This document shows, piece after piece, positions 19,445-28,510 of a DNA stretch of 64,000 nucleotides. How positions within the stretch are numbered: the first letter of the stretch is position 1; every line of letters begins with the position of its first letter. The notes below the pieces were generated by a model. That model made no database searches and had not been told where the DNA came from. It worked only from the letters and a program-made list of their open reading frames with translations. A program made the position numbers and the translations under genes. Origin of the DNA: a virus (lineage: Duplodnaviria > Caudoviricetes). Location of the stretch: positions 32,001-96,000 of IMG/VR virus record IMGVR_UViG_3300028048_000060, one strand, 5' to 3'.

Positions 19445-19752
19445 AAGAACTGAAAGACCTTATTATAAGCAAAGACATAACACAAAAAATGTCAGTATCA
19501 GAAATGAAGAAACTTGATAACCAATATGGTTGGTTTGCTGACGACACTAAAGAATTTGAAGACTTAGGTTTGTGCCCGTATGATTCGCTCGATATTTCAG
19601 TACATGATGGGTCTCTAAGACTCTACTCGACCCATAATGAGTGGAAATATTTTCTTCCTGTTAAGAACTTACAGAGGTACCTAAATATGCTTGTAGGATT
19701 AAAGGAAGTCCAAAATATACAGATTAACGCTTTAATGTCAGGGAGGTTATAA
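19441..19752 (+). CDS. Hypothetical protein, divergent LDKRI family
   Basis: GWF...F.DL and KYFLP motifs. Confidence 0.6.
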   Translation: MKELKDLIISKDITQKMSVSEMKKLDNQYGWFADDTKEFEDLGLCPYDSLDISVHDGSLRLYSTHNEWKYFLPVKNLQRYLNMLVGLKEVQNIQINALMSGRL

Positions 19753-19753
19753 G

Positions 19754-19996
19754 GTGTATTATTTTTATGAAATATCTGAAGAAGAATATAAAGAACTTTT
19801 AAGAGACTCTAAGATATTAGAAGTTCTAAAAGAACGAGGTGTTGAGAACTGGGATGGCTATGAAGATGCCATAAAGGAAAATGAGGAATACATTAACGAC
19901 TATGATGACATCCTGGATGAAATGCCAATAAGAATAGGTTATGATATTAACTTAGAATGGATAAAGAATACAGAAGCTATGAAAAATACTAGATAA
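19754..19996 (+). CDS. Hypothetical protein, paralog of 44540
   Basis: ISEE...L...L..L...G..NWDGY motif. Confidence 0.65.
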   Translation: MYYFYEISEEEYKELLRDSKILEVLKERGVENWDGYEDAIKENEEYINDYDDILDEMPIRIGYDINLEWIKNTEAMKNTR

Positions 19997-20008
19997 CGAG
20001 GTATAATA

Positions 20009-20293
20009 ATGTTTTTATTCAAGAAAAAGCAGAACAGTGTTAAAATTGTTAATGAGGATAGGATGACTCTTGATGAGTGGTTAAAGAGTAACATGAACGT
20101 CCCTCATTATCTGTATGTCTTTACTAGAGTTGAAGAAAAGGATACATATGAGTTTAAGTTTAGAAGTTTACCATCTTCAATTTCGTTAGAAGACTACTTA
20201 AAGTATAAAGATTATATTATAGATAATTGCTATGTTATATTGAGATACGGTGATTCAACTGAGATTAACATGTTTTTATCAGATAAAGTTTAG
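20009..20293 (+). CDS. Hypothetical protein
   Basis: ORF with RBS. Confidence 0.55.
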   Translation: MFLFKKKQNSVKIVNEDRMTLDEWLKSNMNVPHYLYVFTRVEEKDTYEFKFRSLPSSISLEDYLKYKDYIIDNCYVILRYGDSTEINMFLSDKV

Positions 20294-20380
20294 AGTCCTA
20301 ATATAGGCCTAAAAATTATACAAGCAACAAATAATTTTTATATTCATAAGAGAAGACTTTGTCTTCTCTTCCAAAAATTT

Positions 20381-20434
20381 TTTGACTTTAACTCAAAAAA
20401 AATCCTTGATTTTTCTTTTAAAGTCCTTTATAAT
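20381..20434 (+). promoter_or_regulatory. Early promoter repeat driving the RtcB-NAD transcript
   Basis: TTTGACTTTAACTCAAA; TTGATT-N17-TATAAT; preceded by hairpin 20348-20370. Confidence 0.85.
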
Positions 20435-20461
20435 AATAAACATAAAGAAAGGAGCAAAGAT

Positions 20462-21556
20462 ATGATTTTAAAAGGAAAGTTCAATCAAGCATTTATTCAT
20501 GCTGAAACTATAGAACCTCAGGTTATCAACCAAATCAAGGAATTCTTAAACACTGATTTATCAGAAGGTTCTACTATCCACATTATGCCTGACACACACT
20601 CAGGGAAGGGTTGTGTAGTAGGTTTCACAATGACTATCTTAGATAAGTTATGCCCTAACTTAGTGGGTGTTGACGTGGGTTGTAACATGACTTGTATCAA
20701 GCTTCCAAAGGACACTAAGGTTCTTCCTGAAGTCTTCTTAGAAGCATGTAAGAAGATTCCAAATGGCGTTGGTTCAAATGCTGGAAGACCTCCTAAGTTT
20801 GTAGATGTAGATTCTATAGGTTTAGATAAACTGACTTTTGAACTTAATCATACTGAAACTGTGATTAACTCAATAGGTTCACTGGGTTCAGGAAACCATT
20901 TCATTGAACTTAATGAAGATAAGGAAACTGGAGACCATTATATTGTTGTTCATACAGGTTCTCGTAACTTAGGACAACAGGTTTGTGGTTATCATATGCG
21001 AGTAGCAAAGACTGACCACTCACGTGGAGACCTGTCTTATCTTACAGGACTCAACTTAGATAACTACTTACATGATATGAAGATATGTCAAAACTATGCG
21101 TTGTCTAACCACAAGGAGATTTACTCTAAGTTATTAGAACTTTTAGGTGTGAGACTCTGTAAGACAGAAGTTTTTACTACTATGCACAACTACATAGACT
21201 TCAATGACCATATTCTTCGTAAAGGTGCTATCTCTTGTCAAGAAGGGAAGAAAGTTTTAATTCCTTTTAACATGCGAGATGGTTCTGTGATTGGTGTAGG
21301 TAAGGGAAATCCTGAATGGAACTTCTCAGGTCCTCACGGTGCAGGTCGTATTCTGTCAAGAACTCAAGCAAAGCAGTTAATCACCTTAGAAGACTTTAAG
21401 GAGTCAATGAAGGGAATAACAGGAACTATTTGTCAAGAAACTATTGATGAAGCACCAATGGTTTATAAGAAAGCAGAAGAAATTGAACGCTTAATCTCAG
21501 AAACTGTAGAAGTGACTAATCACTTAAAGGTATTAGCTAACTTTAAGGGATTTTAG
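20462..21556 (+). CDS. rtcB: RtcB RNA ligase
   Basis: MPDTH.G.G, VGVDVGC, GSLGSGNHFIE, HTGSR, HNY, RKGA, SGPHGAGR, DEAP.VYK. Confidence 0.95.
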   Translation: MILKGKFNQAFIHAETIEPQVINQIKEFLNTDLSEGSTIHIMPDTHSGKGCVVGFTMTILDKLCPNLVGVDVGCNMTCIKLPKDTKVLPEVFLEACKKIPNGVGSNAGRPPKFVDVDSIGLDKLTFELNHTETVINSIGSLGSGNHFIELNEDKETGDHYIVVHTGSRNLGQQVCGYHMRVAKTDHSRGDLSYLTGLNLDNYLHDMKICQNYALSNHKEIYSKLLELLGVRLCKTEVFTTMHNYIDFNDHILRKGAISCQEGKKVLIPFNMRDGSVIGVGKGNPEWNFSGPHGAGRILSRTQAKQLITLEDFKESMKGITGTICQETIDEAPMVYKKAEEIERLISETVEVTNHLKVLANFKGF

Positions 21557-21571
21557 GAGAAGACAGGCGGT

Positions 21572-22093
21572 ATGATATTAGATAAGAGAATTTTGAAAGG
21601 AAAGACTTACTTAGACTGTTTTGACACAGAAGAAGCAAAACAGTTCATTGGGAAGAAGTGTTATTTCACTAGAGACTTATCAAGGTTTGAAAATCTGGAT
21701 GGTCCAGGAGTGTATAAAGTCACTTTAACTGATATTTCGGACCACTATGAAGTGTGTTATGGTTCTGATGAACTCGGGATTCAGCAGTGGGACTATGCAC
21801 GCTTTATTATCCCTTGTGAATGGGTAAAGGGGGCGATTGAAAAGAAGTACAGACCTTACAAAGATGTAGAAGAATTCTTTGATGATGTAGGATGTACTCT
21901 AGGCGATGTTATTCGTTTTAGGAAAAGGGATACTACCGAAGAGGAATACCACACTTTATTGACCGGCTTCAAAGGAAATGCAAGAGTCAATATAGGTCTA
22001 GGTGATGGAGGTTATTATAGTTTAAATGACTTATTCAGCTTATTTGAGTTATATACAGCAGATGGTTGGAAACCTTTTGGAATTGAGGAGTAA
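21572..22093 (+). CDS. LDKRI-family paralog (two-domain)
   Basis: LDKRI, KYRPY, WKPFG motifs. Confidence 0.75.
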   Translation: MILDKRILKGKTYLDCFDTEEAKQFIGKKCYFTRDLSRFENLDGPGVYKVTLTDISDHYEVCYGSDELGIQQWDYARFIIPCEWVKGAIEKKYRPYKDVEEFFDDVGCTLGDVIRFRKRDTTEEEYHTLLTGFKGNARVNIGLGDGGYYSLNDLFSLFELYTADGWKPFGIEE

Positions 22094-22109
22094 AGGGTGA
22101 AATACGAAG

Positions 22110-22355
22110 ATGCTAGAACAGGATATTAAATATTGTACAGAGAGTCTCCCTGTAAGAGTAGGTGATTTACTCTATCTTTTCAGTGACGGATATGGTCACG
22201 TAAATTATAATGTAGAAATAACCGATGGAGATGCTACTGTAACGTTTGAGGATTTTCCTGAGTTATCTGAGGAAATATCTAATTATGATAACTGTATTGT
22301 TACACATGCTTATTTTGAAGATTGTTGGCTATGTATACATGTTAAGGAACTGTAA
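22110..22355 (+). CDS. Hypothetical protein
   Basis: ORF track; tightly packed. Confidence 0.6.
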   Translation: MLEQDIKYCTESLPVRVGDLLYLFSDGYGHVNYNVEITDGDATVTFEDFPELSEEISNYDNCIVTHAYFEDCWLCIHVKEL

Positions 22356-22529
22356 ATGACTATTAGTGAAATGATTGAAGAACTTGAGAAAATCAAAGAA
22401 GAGCATGGAGACTTACCTGTTAAGACTTGGGAATATGACTCGTTGTATGAGGAATATTATTTAGATGAAGCGAATTATCCTGAATATTATAGCTCCAGTG
22501 ATGAAGAATGTGTTGTAATAGGACAATAA
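22356..22529 (+). CDS. Small protein missed by ORF track (MTISEMIEELEKIKEEHGDLPV..., 57 aa)
   Basis: Manually translated; exactly fills the gap; HGD.PV family paralog. Confidence 0.7.
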   Translation: MTISEMIEELEKIKEEHGDLPVKTWEYDSLYEEYYLDEANYPEYYSSSDEECVVIGQ

Positions 22530-23123
22530 ATGAAACTCAATTATATTAAAGAACTTTTTAAAGGCAAATTTTTAGGTCTTTATATAGCAAACTATACTTC
22601 AAATGAAGGAAGAAACAAGGATTATGAGATTATTTCTAGACCCTTAGAGTCTAAAGATGACTTAATGGAAAATGCAAATCCTGACGCAGTAACTATTATA
22701 TGCTATAACAAAGACAGAACTAAGATGCTCATTCAGAAGGAATTTAGAATGACTATCAACGACTTTGTTTGGGACTTTCCTTCAGGTCTTATTGACGAAG
22801 GCGAAACTCCTGATGAAACAGCCATCAGGGAACTCAAGGAAGAGACAGGTCTTGACCTAGTCAAATTTGAAGCTATCTTACCTCCTTGCTATACAAGTGT
22901 AGGGATGTCAAATGAAACAGTAGTCCCAGTTTACTGTATAGCAGAGGGGCAGATTACAGGTTCAGATAGTGACCTGGAAGAAACAGAACCTGTTTGGATT
23001 TCTAAGGAAGAAGCAAGAGCACTTCTTGAAAAGAGTGTTCTTTCAGCTAAGAAGGGAAGACCTTTTATCAGATTTTCAAACAGGGTTTCATCTGAAATTT
23101 ATAGATGGGTATTTGAAGATTAG
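22530..23123 (+). CDS. Nudix hydrolase, ADP-ribose pyrophosphatase-like
   Basis: Nudix box GLIDEGETPDETAIRELKEETGL; EFR and YTS.GMS.E motifs. Confidence 0.85.
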   Translation: MKLNYIKELFKGKFLGLYIANYTSNEGRNKDYEIISRPLESKDDLMENANPDAVTIICYNKDRTKMLIQKEFRMTINDFVWDFPSGLIDEGETPDETAIRELKEETGLDLVKFEAILPPCYTSVGMSNETVVPVYCIAEGQITGSDSDLEETEPVWISKEEARALLEKSVLSAKKGRPFIRFSNRVSSEIYRWVFED

Positions 23124-23133
23124 GAGAATAACA

Positions 23134-23715
23134 GTGGTTAAGAAAGATATTTTGATTGTTGTTGATATGCAGAATGATTTTATCGACGGAGCACTTGGAA
23201 CTCCTGAGGCTAAGATGATTGTTCCAAATGTCATTGAAAAGATTAAGTCTTATAATAATGTTGATAGTTTCGTATTCGCTACTAGGGATACTCATGATGA
23301 AAATTATTTAGAGACTGAAGAAGGCAAGAATCTTCCTGTTAAGCACTGTGTTCCGTCTCTTTCTGGTTGGTGTATTCATGACGATGTTTATGATGCCCTC
23401 CTGGGATTGGACGAGGAAGTTTATACTTATTATATAAACAAACCTACATTTGGTGCACTCGAGTTAAGTGCAAAACTCAGACAATTAAGTATACTCTATG
23501 ATATTGAAAACATAGAAGTTATTGGTCTTTGTACTGATATCTGTGTTATTAGTAATGCTATAATTGCTAAGTCTGCTCTTCCAAATGCCCATATCAAAGT
23601 AGATGCTTCCTGTTGTGCAGGTGTAACTCCTGAGTCTCACAATAGAGCATTAGATTCAATGCAGACCCTTCAGATAGAGATTGTAAACAGAGGAAAGGAA
23701 CCTTGGATAAAGTAG
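23134..23715 (+). CDS. pncA: Nicotinamidase
   Basis: VVDMQNDF, DTH, HC...GW, K, GLCTDICV; start moved to GTG after AGGAG. Confidence 0.88.
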   Translation: MVKKDILIVVDMQNDFIDGALGTPEAKMIVPNVIEKIKSYNNVDSFVFATRDTHDENYLETEEGKNLPVKHCVPSLSGWCIHDDVYDALLGLDEEVYTYYINKPTFGALELSAKLRQLSILYDIENIEVIGLCTDICVISNAIIAKSALPNAHIKVDASCCAGVTPESHNRALDSMQTLQIEIVNRGKEPWIK

Positions 23716-24203
23716 GGATAGTATTTGGATGCTTTATTCCACTTCATAAAGGACATCTAAGTCTTGTAGATAAAGCACTTAAAAATGACAAAGTCATCAT
23801 TGGAGTTTGTGGTTATGACTTAGACAGAGGTAAGGATTTTATTCCATTTAAAGACAGAGTAGAACTTATCAAAGAAATCTTTAACGATTTAACTGTTGTC
23901 TCTGTAGATGACCACAAAATTGGACTCACAGGAAAGTTTGACTTAGAATCCTGGAAAGTATGGTGTAATGAACTGTTTAAGAATGCAGATTTAGACCCAT
24001 TAGAAAATGAAATTGCATGGTATCTAGGAGAACAGAGTTATCTTGAAATGCTCAAAACGATATATCCTAAGCATACTTTTGAGTTAGTCGAAAGAGCAGT
24101 TATTCCAGTTTCAGGAACTATGATAAGAGAAAATCCAAAGGAAAATATCAAAGAAATTCATCCAGTGTTTATAGAATATCTAAAAGAAAAGAATATTATC
24201 TAA
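23703..24203 (+). CDS. NadR/NadM-like (Na)MN adenylyltransferase
   Basis: G.F.PLHKGH (HxGH) and VSGTMIRENP; NAD operon context. Confidence 0.8.
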   Translation: MDKVGIVFGCFIPLHKGHLSLVDKALKNDKVIIGVCGYDLDRGKDFIPFKDRVELIKEIFNDLTVVSVDDHKIGLTGKFDLESWKVWCNELFKNADLDPLENEIAWYLGEQSYLEMLKTIYPKHTFELVERAVIPVSGTMIRENPKENIKEIHPVFIEYLKEKNII

Positions 24204-24219
24204 GGAAAAGGAGAAGGGA

Positions 24220-25449
24220 ATGAAATTTGAACCTATTATTAAGTCACTTTTAGAAACTGACCTCTACAAGTTCTCAATGGGTCAGGCAATTTTCCATAAT
24301 GCATCTAAGTACAAGACTACTTGGTCTTTTAAGTGCAGAAACAAAGACGTAAAGTTCACCTTAGAGATGGTCCAGGAAATCAAAGAGCAGATTAAAGCAT
24401 TTTGTAATCTTAGATTTACTGAAGATGAACTGAACTATCTTAAAAGTATCTCATGGTTAGATGAATCTTATATAGACTATCTTCATAACTTTGCCCCTAA
24501 TTTTAAGCATATCTTTATTGGAATGGACTCAGAGTGTGGCCTGTCAGTTGAGACAAAAGGAACTTGGTTAGAGACATCAATGTATGAAATTCCAATCTTA
24601 GCTATTGTAAATGAAGTGTACTTCAGGTCTCAGGATAACTTTGACGAGTTACTTAAAGAGTCTAAGAGAAGAACAGACCAGAAGTTTGAGGACTTAGTAA
24701 GCAACAAGTATTATCTATCAGCATTCTCTGAATTTGGTCTTAGAAGAAGACTTTGTGCAGAAGCACAGGAGTATGTTGTTAAGAAGTTTATCTATCTTAA
24801 TAAGACTATGTCTAAGTCAACTTTTGTTGGAACTTCAAATGTATACTTAGCTAAGAAGTACTCTGAGTTTGGTGTAAGACCAGTTGGCACAATGGCACAT
24901 GAGTGGATTATGTGTATGGGACAGGGGACATTTGGAGTAGACCCTTTAACATCAAATGACTATGCTTTAAAGGTTTGGGTTAAGGAGTATGGGAAGAAGA
25001 ATGGTATTGCTCTGACTGATACTTTAGGGACTAAGTTGTTTAATTTAGACTTTAGTGATGCTTTAGCTTCAGTGTTTGATGGAGTAAGACATGACTCAGG
25101 AGACCCTATCAAGTGGGGTGAAATGGAAATTGAACATTTTAAGAGTCTTGGAATAGACCCATTAACTAAGACTTTGCTGTTCTCAGACTCACTCGACTTT
25201 GAACGAGCAGATATGATAGCTAATCACTTTGAGAACAAAGCAAAGGTAGCATTTGGGATTGGAACATTTTTATCAAATGATACATGCATGAAACCTCTTA
25301 ATATTGTAATGAAGGTAACAGAATGTAATGGTAAGGATGTAGCTAAGATATCAGATTCTGAAGGAAAGGGAATGTGTAAGAATCCTGAGTATGTAGACTG
25401 GTTGAAGAAAGGAATTAGCCTTAGACTAATGTACTCTGAGAAGGATTAG
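24220..25449 (+). CDS. pncB: Nicotinate phosphoribosyltransferase
   Basis: TDLYK, SEFGLRRR, GTSNV, GTMAHEW, LTDT, GVRHDSGDP, FSDSL, FGIGT, KISD. Confidence 0.95.
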   Translation: MKFEPIIKSLLETDLYKFSMGQAIFHNASKYKTTWSFKCRNKDVKFTLEMVQEIKEQIKAFCNLRFTEDELNYLKSISWLDESYIDYLHNFAPNFKHIFIGMDSECGLSVETKGTWLETSMYEIPILAIVNEVYFRSQDNFDELLKESKRRTDQKFEDLVSNKYYLSAFSEFGLRRRLCAEAQEYVVKKFIYLNKTMSKSTFVGTSNVYLAKKYSEFGVRPVGTMAHEWIMCMGQGTFGVDPLTSNDYALKVWVKEYGKKNGIALTDTLGTKLFNLDFSDALASVFDGVRHDSGDPIKWGEMEIEHFKSLGIDPLTKTLLFSDSLDFERADMIANHFENKAKVAFGIGTFLSNDTCMKPLNIVMKVTECNGKDVAKISDSEGKGMCKNPEYVDWLKKGISLRLMYSEKD

Positions 25450-25542
25450 AACATCTTTAAATGTTTTAAAATATCTTAAATCTTATATATAAACATCATT
25501 TTAATCCAGTCATTTTTAGACTGGATTTTTTAAGGAGTAACT

Positions 25543-26313
25543 ATGAATACATTTAATCCAAAAGAAGAAAAAGAACGAATCATTAACTTTATCAGAGACT
25601 GGTTCAGTGAAAATGGTCCTAAGGCAAGTGCTGTTATAGGAATCTCAGGAGGAAAGGACTCTACCATAGCAAGTACCCTGTGTGTAGAAGCATTGGGAAA
25701 AGACAGGGTGATTGGAGTCTTAATGCCTAATGGAGTTCAGAAAGACATTGAAGATGCTCTGAGAGTAGTAAAGCATCTTGGTATTAGATATAAAGTAGTT
25801 AATATCAATAATCCTTATAATGAGATGTTAAATGCTCTGACTGCCAACAGTTCTTTTGACTTTGAAATCACAGATGCTTTAAAACAGAATCTTGCTCCAA
25901 GACTCAGAATGGCTACACTGTATGCTGTGGCGCAGGGAGTTCCAGAAGGTGGAAGAGTAATCAATACTTGCAATGCTTCTGAAGACTATGTGGGATACAG
26001 TACTAAGTTTGGTGACAGTGCTGGAGACATTGGTCCTTTAGCTTCATATACTGTTGGCGAAGTAATTCAGATTGGAGACTTACTGGATATCCCTAAGGAC
26101 TTGGTCCATAAGACTCCATCAGATGGATTATGCGGTAAAACAGACGAAGATAACTTGGGATTTACATACAGTGTCTTAGACAAGTACATTATGACTGGAG
26201 TATGCGAAGACCCTAAGGTAAAGGAAAACATAGACAGAAGACACAGACTGAATCTGCATAAGGTTTGTCCGCTTCCAGTTATTGAAAGAATATTTGAAAG
26301 AACACTAATTTAA
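25543..26313 (+). CDS. nadE: NH3-dependent NAD+ synthetase
   Basis: GISGGKDS, N..PRLRM, N.SE..VGYSTKFGD, K.PSDGL..TDED.LG. Confidence 0.95.
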   Translation: MNTFNPKEEKERIINFIRDWFSENGPKASAVIGISGGKDSTIASTLCVEALGKDRVIGVLMPNGVQKDIEDALRVVKHLGIRYKVVNINNPYNEMLNALTANSSFDFEITDALKQNLAPRLRMATLYAVAQGVPEGGRVINTCNASEDYVGYSTKFGDSAGDIGPLASYTVGEVIQIGDLLDIPKDLVHKTPSDGLCGKTDEDNLGFTYSVLDKYIMTGVCEDPKVKENIDRRHRLNLHKVCPLPVIERIFERTLI

Positions 26314-26456
26314 ATTATATTATATAAGAGACAATGATTTTTTTATGTCTCTTTTTCATCTAAGGGGTCATTTTGGCCCCTTTCTTAATTTCCAAAATCC
26401 AAGCAAGCACTTAAAAGAGTCTCATCTTCGAATTATATTAAACTATCAAAAGGAAA

Positions 26457-26464
26457 TATAAATA
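26457..26464 (+). promoter_or_regulatory. T4-type late promoter TATAAATA
   Basis: Exact consensus upstream of DUF285 gene. Confidence 0.7.
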
Positions 26465-26505
26465 GTATTAGCATACTAGTATATTAAAACAGAAGGAAAA
26501 CTTAA

Positions 26506-27414
26506 ATGAAATTCAAACAAATCATCAACGAAGGTTCTGAGTCTAAGACAGAACTTCCTGAAAGAGTAAAGCCTAAGAACAACGAAGAGTTCAAGAAAAT
26601 GGTCAGAAACTACATTTCTGTATACAACAAACAGGTAGGGCCTACAGGAAACTTAAACTTCATCGACACGTCTGATATTACTGATATGAGTGGCCTTTTC
26701 GAAGACTGTGACAGGTTCTGGGGCGATATTTCTGAATGGGATACATCTAAAGTAACAGATATGCATAACATGTTCAACTGTTGTTCATTTAATGGTGATA
26801 TCTCTAAGTGGGATGTAAGCAATGTAAGAGATATGAGTTTAATGTTCGCATATGGCTCTTTTAATGGTGATATCTCTAAGTGGAATGTTTCTAAAGTAGA
26901 TAATATGGGTGGAATGTTTAAGAGAAGCAAATTTAATGGAGACCTGAGTCGGTGGAATGTGTCTAAAGTAACGAATATGCACCAGATGTTCCAGAAGTCC
27001 AAGTTTAATGGTGATATCTCCAAGTGGAATGTTTCTAGAGTGGAAAATATGGGCGGAATGTTCGAAGAATCAGCCTTTGCAGGTGATATCTCTAAGTGGG
27101 ATGTTTCTAATGTAGAGAATATGGCTTTTATGTTTAGGAGAAGTCCATTTAATGGAGACCTTAGTAAGTGGGATGTAAGTAATGTCACAAGCATGACCTA
27201 TATGTTTGAAAGATCTGCATTTACAGGCTCTAAGGGCGACATCACTAACTGGGATACTTCCAGTGTGACAGATGTATCCTGTATGTTTGCTTATACTAAG
27301 TTTAATCAGGATGTGTCAAATTGGGATGTATCTAAGGTAAAGGGAGATGATGCTTTGTGGGCCTTTGAAGGATGTCCATTAGAAGGTAAAATCACATTTA
27401 TGAGATTTAAGTGA
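26506..27414 (+). CDS. BspA/DUF285-type repeat protein
   Basis: About 9 units of ~24 aa, FNGDISKW(D/N)VS.V..M..MF. Confidence 0.9.
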   Translation: MKFKQIINEGSESKTELPERVKPKNNEEFKKMVRNYISVYNKQVGPTGNLNFIDTSDITDMSGLFEDCDRFWGDISEWDTSKVTDMHNMFNCCSFNGDISKWDVSNVRDMSLMFAYGSFNGDISKWNVSKVDNMGGMFKRSKFNGDLSRWNVSKVTNMHQMFQKSKFNGDISKWNVSRVENMGGMFEESAFAGDISKWDVSNVENMAFMFRRSPFNGDLSKWDVSNVTSMTYMFERSAFTGSKGDITNWDTSSVTDVSCMFAYTKFNQDVSNWDVSKVKGDDALWAFEGCPLEGKITFMRFK

Positions 27415-27502
27415 TTTTAAGATTTTAATTCTTTATATCTTATATAAGAGACAATGCTTTATGCTTGTCTCTTTTTTAAAGGAGTTTCAAGACTTCTTTC
27501 TT

Positions 27503-27561
27503 AAAAAGTTTGGGTTTAACCCAAACTTTTTCTTGATTTTTCTCCTTATTTATATTATAAT
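27503..27561 (+). promoter_or_regulatory. Early promoter repeat
   Basis: Perfect 14-bp inverted repeat around TTTGGGTTTAACCCAAA; TTGATT-N17-TATAAT. Confidence 0.85.
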
Positions 27562-27597
27562 ATTATTGTAGACAACATTTATAGTAAGGAGTTCCAA

Positions 27598-27801
27598 ATG
27601 ACCGAAATGAGAATTGACGACCTGATTAGAGAGTTACAGGAAATTAAGAAAAAGCATGGCAACATCAGAGTAGAAGTTCAGTATAGAGATGATGGTGGAG
27701 ACTATTTTGGAACTGATGAAGTACGTTTACATGTCGAAAATGATATTGTAGACTTTGACAAAGACGGAGAAGTTAAAGAAGGAAAGGTTTTAATTTTATA
27801 A
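27598..27801 (+). CDS. Hypothetical protein (HG..V family)
   Basis: Paralog of 22356 and 44945. Confidence 0.7.
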   Translation: MTEMRIDDLIRELQEIKKKHGNIRVEVQYRDDGGDYFGTDEVRLHVENDIVDFDKDGEVKEGKVLIL

Positions 27802-27847
27802 ATACTTTTGTCCTTCTATAACGCACAAAAATTTTAAGGAGATAAAA

Positions 27848-28201
27848 ATGAACGTTGAAAAGGAAATGATTAAGGATATCAAGGAGACTTGCCCATTTTA
27901 CAATGTAGACTTTCCAAAGACTATTTCATGTTCTGAAGTAGAACCTTCTGAGGATGGATATGATTATTATGAAAATGATAACGATAGTGCTGATGGAATG
28001 TTTTGGGATCATGCTTCATTCGAAGGAGATTTTATCTCTGCAGGGTTTACTTGTAAACCTAGCAGACGTGTAATGGGTTATGATATCAAACTGGATGACT
28101 TTGAAATTACTGATGACCCTGATAGCCCAGAAGAATTTGATGTTCTTATTAAAGAATTAGACTTCGTTAAGCAGGTTCTTTTACAATCTGATTATATCTA
28201 G
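27848..28201 (+). CDS. Acidic hypothetical protein
   Basis: ORF with AGGAG RBS. Confidence 0.65.
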   Translation: MNVEKEMIKDIKETCPFYNVDFPKTISCSEVEPSEDGYDYYENDNDSADGMFWDHASFEGDFISAGFTCKPSRRVMGYDIKLDDFEITDDPDSPEEFDVLIKELDFVKQVLLQSDYI

Positions 28202-28231
28202 TAAACTCTTTTATTGTAATAGGAGAAAAGA

Positions 28232-28510
28232 ATGAGAATATTTGGAGTTTTTCACAAGTACGATACAGATGGAGGTTTTGGAGATGCTATTTCTCAGAAA
28301 GACCTTATCTGTATCTTTGATTCCTTAGAAAAAGCAGAAGAATTTAAAAAGAAATACGAAAACCCTCATATTTACGAGTGCCCGTACGACGATTTAGAGT
28401 GTGGTGAGTTAGTCATTGAAGAACTTCCTACTTCGTATGACGAGTCTGAGTTTTGGTGGGTTAGAGGTGCTGTTAGGGATGAAGATGAGGATTTCGAAGA
28501 TGAAGATTAA
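28232..28510 (+). CDS. Hypothetical protein
   Basis: ORF with AGGAG RBS. Confidence 0.7.
   Translation: MRIFGVFHKYDTDGGFGDAISQKDLICIFDSLEKAEEFKKKYENPHIYECPYDDLECGELVIEELPTSYDESEFWWVRGAVRDEDEDFEDED

Noticed and set aside
26610-27194. 194-aa minus-strand ORF
   Set aside because: Antisense shadow of the DUF285 repeats
26680-27340. Regular ~72-nt DNA repeats resembling a CRISPR array
   Set aside because: They are in-frame, degenerate 24-aa coding repeats of DUF285; no unique spacers and no cas genes
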